From Vicinamibacterales bacterium (GTDB lineage Bacteria > Acidobacteriota > Vicinamibacteria > Vicinamibacterales > CAZQMT01), in assembly GCA_965197935.1 (NCBI GenBank), contig CBDAOD010000002.1, positions 1,154,849 to 1,218,848 of the forward strand: 64,000 nt of DNA, written 5' to 3'. This document shows positions 50,741 through 59,565 of this stretch, one piece after another (position 1 is the first letter of the stretch; each line of letters begins with the position of its first letter). A model generated the notes under the pieces. That model was not told the origin of the DNA and searched no databases. It was given only the letters and a program-made list of their open reading frames with translations. Position numbers and translations under genes: made by a program.

Positions 50741-52753
50741 AGAGCAGTCGGCTCGGGTCTTGGCGCTCTATCCAGCCAGGGCACTGATTCAAGATCAGCT
50801 TGCGAAGTGGACACAGTTCCTCGACCCGATGGGCACGTCTGTCGGTTTTGTCGACGGCAGCGTTGCCACCGCGTCTCGTCCGAACATCCTAGCTTCGTCG
50901 CGGGTTGTGGCAATGACTCCGGACGTAGCACATGCGTGGCTCATGAGCCATCTCGGCACTCCTGAGGTGACGAGCTTCCTCAAGAGCTTGTGTCTCGTGG
51001 TCCTCGACGAGGCGCATGTCTACGATGGTGCGTTCGGAACCAACATGGCCTATCTTCTCAGGCGGCTTGCGCTCACCTCAGCGCCCTACAGATTAGTTTG
51101 CAGTACCGCGACGGTCGGGGCTCCGAAGCGGTTCATTCAGCAGCTCACGGGCCGTGAGATGTTGGTTCTCGATGACGGCGACGATGGCAGCGCCCTCTTT
51201 CAGAAGACACTGCTTCAAGTGGAATCTTCCGCCAAGGGCGGCTTCGACCGAATCGTCCAGCTGCTGTCCGGACTGGCGAAGTATGGCCGGGCACGATTCC
51301 TGGCCTTTGGTGATTCCCGAAAGATGGTTGAACTTATCGTCGGCGCGATTCTTCGTGAGTCTGTCAGCGAATCCGATGGCAAAGAGGATGAGACCGATGA
51401 GCTTTCCAATGAGAAGGAGTACAGAGGGTGGCCGAAGCTTGAGCACGTCCTCCCATATCGCTCTGGCTACGAAACGACTGACCGCGAGGCGATTCAGAAA
51501 GCATTGACGAATGGTTCACTAGCTGGTGTTGTCTCGACCAGTGCTCTGGAACTAGGACTGGATATTGGAGACCTCGACGTTGTCGTTCTTCTGAACACAC
51601 CGCCGACAGTCAAGTCGTTCCGGCAACGGATCGGAAGGGCAGGGCGCAGGCGAGATGCTGTCTGCATCCTTATAGACGACCAAGGCGTGATGGCTCCTTT
51701 GCCTCAGTATGTTGACCGGAGCCCAGAACCTAGCTGGTTGTATCTTGACAACCGGTATATTCAGTATGCAAACGCCTTGTGCGCTGCGGCAGAGCTTCAG
51801 ACGGTTGGATTTGTCTCAGTTGAGAATCTCGACTTCGGCGGCCTGCCTGACACCTTTCTACGCTTATTGGAGAATGAGCTGAATCCAACTGCCGCAGTCG
51901 AGAATGACCTCTATGGCCTAAAGCAGCGCGCACAGGCCAATCCTCACTATGAGTTTCCAATTCGCTCTGCTGCCGAACCCAACTTCGAAGTAGAAGGGCC
52001 GTTCGGTTTGAAACTGGGAACATTGTCGTATGGTCAAGCGCTACGAGAAGCGTATCCCGGTGCGGTGTATCACTACATGGCACGCCCTTTTCGGATTCAG
52101 TCGCTCGAGTACAAGAAAGGCCTAATCAGAGCCTCGAAGTCAAAACGCTTCACTACCAAGCCAGTTACAGACACGATGGCTTTTCCAGATTTCCGAAACG
52201 GCCTCATCAAAGCATGGAAGTCCTCCAATGGTTTCGTTGCCGAGGTTGAACTTCAAGTGAACGAACGCGTGAAGGGATTCGTTGAGCGACGTGGCCCGAA
52301 CACACTGCCGGTTCACGAATACGGAACTGGATCACCGTACAGTCAAAAAAGCTTGTCTCGGCTGTTCCGGACCACGGGTGTTTGCTGGACGTTTCCTTCA
52401 AAGTTGGATAGGTCACCAGCCGCCGCGGATCTCCTGATGAAGGCCTTCGCATTTAATTGCGGAATCCATGAACGTGATCTCGGCACCGCTTTCTTTCACT
52501 CCAATGAGGGCCCCTTTTCGTCCGACGCGCTCAAGGGCACGGTCATTTTCGATGCGACAAACGGGAGTTTACGCTTAACGGAACGGCTAGCTCGAGACTT
52601 CGCAAGAATAATTGACTCAGCCATCGGCCACACCGACGTAGGCTCAACGGTCCGAAGTGAGCTAGAAGCCCTGCACCAACTGGTCGACGAACTTGAGCCG
52701 GCTGCATCCGTCTCGGGCCGTGTCAACGACTTTGAGACAACCTGATTCAGCAT

Positions 52754-53869
52754 TTAGTGTAGCGACTCCACGCTGGTAACGAGCGTGGCCGTGCGATCGT
52801 CGATGCGTGGTGGCGGGCCCATCACGCCCGGCTGCAGGTCGTTCGGGGTGACGGTCGTCGTGCTTGGGGCCGCATGGCTGGGGTGTGTCGGTGGCCGATT
52901 GATCCAGACCGCCGTGGGCAGGGTCTCTGGACGTGGTGGCCCTTGCACGAACCGCTCGGGATGGGCCGCGTAGGCGGCCAGGCGCGTGCGGTGACGGGCC
53001 GCCAGGACCGTGGCGGCGCGGCCGTAGTGGACATCGGCGGGCGTCAGATAGCTCAGGCCGCTGTGATGGTGCGCGTCGTTGTACCACGCGAACAGATCGC
53101 GGCTGACGCCGCGCGCGTGTTCGAGTGCGCCGAACCGGCCCGGAAACTCCGGCCGGTACTTCACGGTCCGGAACTGCGCTTCGGAGAACGGATTATCGTT
53201 GCTCACGCGGGGGCGCGCATGACTGGCGGTGATGCCCAGATCCGAGAACAACAGCGCGACGAGCTTGCTGCGCATGGGCGCGCCGCGGTCGGCGTGAATC
53301 GTGAGCTGCTGCGGCTGGATGCACTGCTTTGCGCAGGTCTGCTCGATCAAGCGCTCGGCCAAGTGCGCATTCTCGTGGCGCGCCACCATCCAGCCCACGA
53401 CGTAGCGGCTGAAGAGGTCGAGGATGACGTAGAGCGAGTAGTAGAGATAGGGGACCGGGCCTTTCAGCTTGGTGATGTCCCAGGACCAGACCTGATTCGG
53501 GCTCGTCGCGACGAGTTCGGGGGCGGCATAGGCCGGATGCCGGGCCTGGGCGCGCCGCTCGCGCACTTCGTGGGCCGCGGCGAGCACGCGATACATCGTG
53601 CGCGGGGAGCAGAGGTACGTCTGCTCCTCGAGCAACGTGGCATGGACCTCGGTGGGCGACTGGTCGACGAACCGCGCGCTGTGCAACACGTCGAGCACCG
53701 CCTGGCGCTCGGTCGCGCCCAGCGCGCGCGGCGACCGCGCCCGGGGCCGTGGAGGTGTGGCCGGCGGCGCGGGGCGCCGCCGACGGTAGAGTGACGCCCG
53801 GGACACCCCGACGCTCTGACACAGCGCCGCCGTCTCGCCTGGCGTCGTGACGGCGTCGATGGCCTGCAT
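52754..53869 (-). CDS. IS3 OrfB (DDE transposase)
   Basis: VWSWDITKL, DLFSRYVVGW, HADRG, NDNPFSEAQF. An A9 run upstream at 53925-53933 is a candidate frameshift site. Confidence 0.9.
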   Translation of the reverse strand: MQAIDAVTTPGETAALCQSVGVSRASLYRRRRPAPPATPPRPRARSPRALGATERQAVLDVLHSARFVDQSPTEVHATLLEEQTYLCSPRTMYRVLAAAHEVRERRAQARHPAYAAPELVATSPNQVWSWDITKLKGPVPYLYYSLYVILDLFSRYVVGWMVARHENAHLAERLIEQTCAKQCIQPQQLTIHADRGAPMRSKLVALLFSDLGITASHARPRVSNDNPFSEAQFRTVKYRPEFPGRFGALEHARGVSRDLFAWYNDAHHHSGLSYLTPADVHYGRAATVLAARHRTRLAAYAAHPERFVQGPPRPETLPTAVWINRPPTHPSHAAPSTTTVTPNDLQPGVMGPPPRIDDRTATLVTSVESLH

Positions 53870-54357
53870 TAGTCGGTCTCGTCGTCGTCGAGGGGTGTCA
53901 GGGGGATCCCCAGGATCTCGGCAATTTTTTTTTGGAGCGTGATGATCGTCTCCGCGCGCTGCAACTTCCGCTGCAACCGGCGGTTCTCGGCCTCGAGCTG
54001 GGTCACCCGCGGGTCGACGGGGCGCGGCGTCGGGCCCCGGCGGCGCCGGGGCATCTCCCGCAGGGCGCCCGCCTCGCGCTGTCGCCGCCAGTTCGTCAGG
54101 AGCGACGAATACAACCCCTCGCGACGCAACAGGGCGCCCACCTCGCCGGGTTTCTTGCACGCGTCGACGGCCTTGAGGATGCGGAGCCGATACGCGGCCG
54201 AGAAACGCCGCCGTTGGACCGTCGCCGGCACTTCCGGGTCCGGGGCGCGGGCCGGGGTCGTGGTCGCGGGGCCGGGGCCTCCCGTCGCCCTCCGGGCTCC
54301 CTCCACCCCCGGCCCCGCGACCACCTCGCTCTCCACCGCGTCTGGCATGCGCGTCAT
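53869..54357 (-). CDS. IS3 OrfA (HTH)
   Basis: RRRFSAAYRLRIL...LLRREGLYSSLLTNWRRQ. Confidence 0.9.
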   Translation of the reverse strand: MTRMPDAVESEVVAGPGVEGARRATGGPGPATTTPARAPDPEVPATVQRRRFSAAYRLRILKAVDACKKPGEVGALLRREGLYSSLLTNWRRQREAGALREMPRRRRGPTPRPVDPRVTQLEAENRRLQRKLQRAETIITLQKKIAEILGIPLTPLDDDETD

Positions 54358-55026
54358 CTCTCCAACCTCTCCCGCCCCTACACTAATCTCACTCGGAAGG
54401 TTGTCTCACCGATTATTGGCACAGGGGGTCTCAACGTCTTTACCCGTTGCCGCCGAAGGAGACTGGATTCGCGTTATCGATCGTGAACAACCTGCAATGT
54501 ACCTCAGTGGCGAGGCGCCAGCGGAGGTGAAGGTGCTGGACTTTCGCTATACGCCGCATGGCTTGATGTATCAACTCGAGCCTCTGCGGGACTCCGGCTA
54601 TTCCATGACTGTCGAAAAGGGCAAACTCGGGGCCGAGAAGACGATCACGAGGAATGCTCCTTTGAGATGGATGGTCATCGCTTCCGACATCCAGGCACTG
54701 AGCGGAAGAACAAGGATGGTTCAGTATAACGTTGTAACAGGCGAGGAGGCTTCGGATGTTCAGTCTAGCGACCGCGACTTGTAACGGTTTGCTTTGGATT
54801 ATTGGCGTGCGCCGTTGAATGCCTGCACGTCCCAACGATCGAGCGTAGCTGAGGATTTATCAACTCGGCAGTCTCTCTGCCAGGCCGAAGAGAAAGTCTT
54901 TGATCTCACGGAGTCGGTCGCATGCGATCAAAGAGCTTCCAGAAGCTCCACCGGGGATACCCCGCCACCACGTCTGTCAGAGCCGCGCTGACGAGGGCAT
55001 CCCGTCGACTCGCTAGCACCGGCGAT

Positions 55027-56497
55027 CGTCCCCCCCCCGAATTGAGTAGCGCCTGGGATTAGCGTTCGATCTCAGAGGGAAGGAGATCGGCCGTGAAGAA
55101 GCGGTTCAGCGAGACACAGATCATCGGGTTCCTGCAGGAGGCCGAGGCCGGCCTGCCGGTCAAGCAGCTCTGCCGGCGCCACGGGTTCTCGGAAGCCAGC
55201 TACTCCCTGTGGCGGAGCAAGTACGGCGGGGCGAGTGTCTCCGACGTGAAGCGGCTACGGGAACTGGAAGCCGAGAACACCAGGCTCAAGCAGCGGCTGG
55301 CGGAGTCGCTCCTCGAGAACGAGGTGACCCGCGAGGTGCTGTGCCGAACGTGGTGACCGCACCGGCCGGCCGCGTCCTGGTGCGAAGCATGACCGAACGC
55401 GACCTCAGCGAACGGCGCGCCTTGACCGTCATCGGGATGAGCGCCTCGTCGCTGCGCTACGTCCCGGCTCCCGATCAGAACGGAGCCCTCCGGGCTCGGA
55501 TCGTGGCCTTGGCGCACCGGCACCGTCGGTACGGAGCGGGCATGATCTCCCTCAAGCTGCGACAGGCGGGCGAGCGCGTCAATCATATGCTGTAATCGCT
55601 ACCGTACCCACCGTTGGTAGAGGAAGGTAGGGATGGAACAGTACGTTGGACTGGATGTATCCTAGCAAGAGACGGCGGTCTGTGTGATCGATGGAGGAGG
55701 CACGAGGCTGTGGGAAGACACGTGCCGATCGCCCCCGGCCGTTATTGCCAAGCTCGTGCGTGCCACGGCGCCCAGGGCGAGACGAGTCGGCCTGGAGACC
55801 GGGCCATTGGCCGTCTGGCACTGGCACGAGTTCAAGCGGTTGGGGGTGCCTGTCGTGTGTGTACATGCCAGGCATGTGAAGGCAGCCCTCTCGCTGCAGG
55901 TCAACAAGACTGACGAGAACGATGTCCATGGCCTGGCCCAGATCGTCCGGACGGGTTGGTTCAGGGCGGTCGAGATGAAGAGCCTGGAGAGTCACCAGCT
56001 GCGAACCATGCTCCAGGCTCGCCAGCGCCTCGTCGGTATCCGGACGACGCTGTACAACCAGGTGCGGGGCCTCCTGAAGACCTTTGGCGTGGTACTGCCG
56101 TCTGGGAAAGGCTCGACGTTCCTCGACTTGGTACACGTGCGAGCTCCACGGATCCCTACGCGCTGGAGTTCTGCGGCCGAGCCATGCTGACGTGGGCGTA
56201 CGCGCGCGGCGTAACCCTCCGGCATATTGAGCCGGGCAAGCCGAATCAAAATGCGTACATCGAATCGTTCAACGGGCGCTTACGGGACGAGTGCCTGAAT
56301 GAATACTGGTTCACGAGCCTCGCCCACGCCCAGGTCGTTATCGAAGCCTGGCGCCGCGAGTACAACGAAGAACGACCGAAAAAGGGATTGGGCGGGCTGG
56401 CGCCTGCTCACTACGCGAGGCAACTGATGGCGAATGGCAGTACAGTCACCGTCGGACTCTAAACCGACCCGCTACTGAAAGCGGGAGGACGTCGGCG
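55027..56497 (+). mobile_element. Degraded IS3-family (IS407-group) element with an internal IS110 fragment
   Basis: orfA 55093-55356 (MKKRFSETQII), orfB N-terminus to about 55590, orfB C-terminus ([23 protein letters not shown]) to 56462. Confidence 0.85.
55633..56135 (+). pseudogene. IS110-family transposase N-terminal fragment
   Basis: MEQYVGLDVS then TAG; VGLETG; [12 protein letters not shown]. Truncated. Confidence 0.8.
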
Positions 56498-56559
56498 GGA
56501 CGAAGTACAGTCACTCTCGGACTCTAAATCGATCCGCTACTGAAGACGGGGGGACGTCG

Positions 56560-56960
56560 CCTGAGGCCGATAAAACGCCGCCCGCGACAGCCTCACCACG
56601 CGACAGGCCCGCTGCACCGGCAGTTGGTGCTCGCCGACCAGCATCTCGGCGACCTGTCGCTTCGCGGACGGCCCTATAACTTTCGGCTCAGCACATCCTG
56701 AATGGCCGCGTTCTCGAGCGCCAGGTCGGCGTACAGCCGCTTCACGTTGGAGACACTCGCCCCGCCGTGCTTGCTGCGCCACTTGAAGAAGGTGGCCCGG
56801 CTGACCCCATGCTTCCGCAGCAGGTCGTTGACCGGCACGCCCGCCTCGGCATCCTTCAGGATGCCGACGATCTGGGTCTCACTGAACTTCGACTTGCGCA
56901 TGACCGCTCCTTGAACCGGAGCAGTCTACCCTCGGCTGTCGCTCAATCGGGGAAGCTTAC
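56560..56960 (-). mobile_element. Second IS3/IS407-group fragment
   Basis: orfA 56674-56901 (MRKSKFSETQIVGIL, internally deleted) and the start of orfB. Confidence 0.75.
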
Positions 56961-57018
56961 GAAGAGCCGATCTACAACACTCTTGACGTCTGTTGGGTCG
57001 GCGCATCCGTAGCGTCTT

Positions 57019-57058
57019 CTGCCAGCCGGACTGCCAGCCGTTTCTGGTTCTGTCAGCC
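57019..57058. repeat. Putative integrase arm-type sites (CTGYCAGCC x3 direct)
   Basis: Copies at 57019, 57031 and 57050; same motif as 23768-23814. Confidence 0.6.
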
Positions 57059-57093
57059 ACTTTCTGACCTGTTGTGACCCGTTGTGCTTTTAG

Positions 57094-57251
57094 AGTCTCC
57101 CTCTGGGATGGGTGAAACCCCTCGCCTTTAGGCGAAGCCTTCAGGAGGCCGCAGGGCCGGACCTCTTCGGGCTCTGGGACGTGCGCCGTGATAGTCGGCT
57201 TCAGCCGACGCGGCGCACTGATTCCCTCGCCTTCAGGCGAGGGAGACTCAA
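57094..57251 (+). mobile_element. 158-bp non-autonomous IS200/IS605-type element, copy 3
   Basis: TTAG at 57090-57093, ends TCAA. Lies between the arm repeats and the att core. Confidence 0.9.
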
Positions 57252-57301
57252 TTTTCTCAATGAATACGGGATTCATTGGGTTTACGGAGTGGAACCGAAC
57301 G

Positions 57302-57341
57302 GATTACGAATCAGCTGCTCTACCAACTGAGCTACGCCGGC
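57302..57341 (-). repeat. att site: 5' 40 nt of tRNA-Thr(CGT) (truncated tRNA)
   Basis: Identical to 23688-23727. The match stops just 3' of the anticodon loop. Confidence 0.92.
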
Positions 57342-57507
57342 TGTGGGGCAAATGATAGACCGCTCGCACGAATCGTATCATACCGTCCTGTCCCCCCGTC
57401 CCGTGCCCCGACCCCGTATCGGCTCGCCGCCCGAAGGTTCCACAGGGCTTTCACCGCGGGTTGCCGGGCGTTGGTGCCGGCTGGCACGCCGATGCCGGGG
57501 TGGTATC

Positions 57508-58347
57508 GTGGTCGCGACGAACGAGAACCGAGCCGTGCGCGCGTCCGAGTGGGTCGTCATCGGGTACTTCGCATACTTGGGGATCCTGTCCTGGATCCGA
57601 CCGGCGGCACGAAGCCACTCGCAGATTGCGCTGGTCGCGGCCGGCGTCATCGGCACGGTGCTCGGGCTGGCGCAGCTCCCCGCCGGCCCAGTCGCGCGCG
57701 CCGCGCGCGACTGGCTGCCCGCGGGATACCTGGTGTGCGGCTACTGGCTCTCGGGGAGCTTCTTCCTGGCCCCGATGCCTTCGGTCGAGCGCTGGTTGGG
57801 CGCGGTCGACGACGGACTCGCGGTTCGGTTCGGGATGGCCGGCGTCCTCGCGCGCGTGCCGCGACCGGTGCTCGAGCTCTTCGAGCTGGCCTACCTCGCC
57901 TGCGTCCCACTCATCCCGGCCGGCTTCGCCCTTCTCGTCCTCGCGGGGCACCGGGAGAGCGCGGACTGCTACTGGATCGTCGTGCTGATGGCCAGGTTCG
58001 GGTGCTATGCGATGCTGCCCTGGATCCAGACACGGCCGCCGCGTGCGCTGGAGGGCCCCGGGGTGGTGGATCGACGCCGGGTCGCGGTGCGTCGGCTGAA
58101 CCTCTGGGTCCTGGGACGGGCGAGCATCCAGGTGAACACCGTGCCGAGCGGGCACGCGGCGACCGCGCTAGCCGCCGGTCTGGCCCTGTTCGAGTCCGTG
58201 CCCGTCGCGGGGGTGGGCTTCCTGGTCCTGGCGCTGGGCGTCATGACGGGAGCGGTGCTCGGACGCTATCACTTCACCGTCGATGTCGCCGCCGGCGCGC
58301 CCGTGGCGGTCGCGGCGGCGGGGGTGGCTCGACTGGCGGGGATCTGA
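57508..58347 (+). CDS. PAP2-family membrane phosphatase/phosphoesterase
   Basis: Multiple TM helices; PSGHAA and GRYHFTVDV motifs. Start uncertain. Confidence 0.75.
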   Translation: MVATNENRAVRASEWVVIGYFAYLGILSWIRPAARSHSQIALVAAGVIGTVLGLAQLPAGPVARAARDWLPAGYLVCGYWLSGSFFLAPMPSVERWLGAVDDGLAVRFGMAGVLARVPRPVLELFELAYLACVPLIPAGFALLVLAGHRESADCYWIVVLMARFGCYAMLPWIQTRPPRALEGPGVVDRRRVAVRRLNLWVLGRASIQVNTVPSGHAATALAAGLALFESVPVAGVGFLVLALGVMTGAVLGRYHFTVDVAAGAPVAVAAAGVARLAGI

Positions 58348-58364
58348 GCCACCGCTGGGAGACG

Positions 58365-59414
58365 TCACCGGCGTCCGCGTCGGTTCCACCAGATCAGCAG
58401 CCCGCTGAGGACCTCGGCGGCCAACGCGAGGCTGACGAGGAACGCGATCGCGCGGGTCGGGATGCCCAAGATCTCCCCAGTGTGCACCGCACGCCGCTCG
58501 TTGAGGATGGCGGTCGCAACGTCGCGTTCCCGCGTACTCACGACCTGCACGGCCTCGCCGCTGTATCGATCAAGATACACGACGCTCCGCCCGGCGCCCG
58601 AGCGATCCTCGGGGAATCGCATCTGGATTCGGAGCGCCCGTCGCGGGTCCGTCACCAGGATGAAGGATGCGTCCGCGCCTGGGAGGGTCGCCACGGCCCG
58701 GCGATAGGCTTCTTCCAGATCGATGGGCTCTGCGCCCTCGGCGGGCGGGGTCGAGCCGGGGGCGGGCGGTGGCGTCGGGCTGGCGGTCACGGCCCGCACC
58801 ACGCGGCCCGCGGTCTGGTTCCAGTACATCGCGACCCCGGAAAGCGCAATCAGGAACAACACCGCGCCCGAGTAGAGCCCCAGCACCTGGTGCAGGTCGA
58901 AGTTGACGCCTCGCCAGGACGACCGGCGCCGGAGGCGCATGACCCGGCGCGGCCACCACAGAAAGAAGCCGGTGCCGATCGACACCAGCGTCAGGAGGGT
59001 CGCGCTGGCCACGACGAGGTTGCCGGGCGGGCCGGCCATCAGTCGGAGGTGCAGGTCGAGGAGATGCTCGACGAAGTGGTTGTGGCCGCGGTCGCCCAGC
59101 ACCCTCGGCGTGTAGGGATCGACGAACACCGACAGCCCGCTCCGCAGGCTGACCTCGAACGACTCGTCCGGTCGCGTGGCGAACGTGATCCGGACGATCG
59201 GATCGTCCGGATAGTCCCGCCGGACGACCCGGGCGATGTCGTCCAGCGACGCGCGTCTTTCCTCGGGGAACACGCGCCGCAGGCGCGGATACAGTGCCGC
59301 GTCGATCTCCTGCTCGAAGACGAGCGCGGCGCCTGTGACGCCGAGCACAACGAGGATCGCGCCGGCCACCAGGCCGATGAGCAGGTGCGCCTGGAGCAGG
59401 ATGCGGCGCATCAT
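58365..59414 (-). CDS. PepSY-associated TM helix domain protein
   Basis: HLLIGLVAG...VLGVTGA, FVDPYT, LHLRL, LHQVLG, VHTGEILG. Confidence 0.88.
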   Translation of the reverse strand: MMRRILLQAHLLIGLVAGAILVVLGVTGAALVFEQEIDAALYPRLRRVFPEERRASLDDIARVVRRDYPDDPIVRITFATRPDESFEVSLRSGLSVFVDPYTPRVLGDRGHNHFVEHLLDLHLRLMAGPPGNLVVASATLLTLVSIGTGFFLWWPRRVMRLRRRSSWRGVNFDLHQVLGLYSGAVLFLIALSGVAMYWNQTAGRVVRAVTASPTPPPAPGSTPPAEGAEPIDLEEAYRRAVATLPGADASFILVTDPRRALRIQMRFPEDRSGAGRSVVYLDRYSGEAVQVVSTRERDVATAILNERRAVHTGEILGIPTRAIAFLVSLALAAEVLSGLLIWWNRRGRR

Positions 59415-59565
59415 CTGCGCGGCGGCCGCCGGGTGGAGGGCCGCGGTCCGGCGGGGGCGGTCGCTCGTGACGCGGTGAGGAGAGTCTCATCGAAATTGAA
59501 CATGCGGCGCTGTCCGGACTACGATAGCGTATTTGGGCAAGCCTCGATTTCCCCAGTCGTAGCAG

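Larger units (their letters stand above)
52721..54423 (-). mobile_element. IS3-family element
   Basis: Ends TGT...ACA with internal inverted TGAGACAACCT...TTAGTGTAG. The flanks rejoin in frame. Confidence 0.85.
50293..54784 (+). pseudogene. MrfA/YprA-like DEAD/DEAH helicase interrupted twice
   Basis: [44 protein letters not shown]. Excising 50583-50740 and 52721-54423 restores a 2631-nt ORF (876 aa). Confidence 0.85.
23728..57301. mobile_element. About 33.6-kb integrative (ICE-derived) defence island at tRNA-Thr(CGT)
   Basis: Bounded by a 40-bp direct repeat (23688-23727 and 57302-57341). Integrase remnant next to the tRNA, CTGCCAGCC repeats at both ends, conjugation and defence cargo, host genes beyond 57342. 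Confidence 0.88.
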
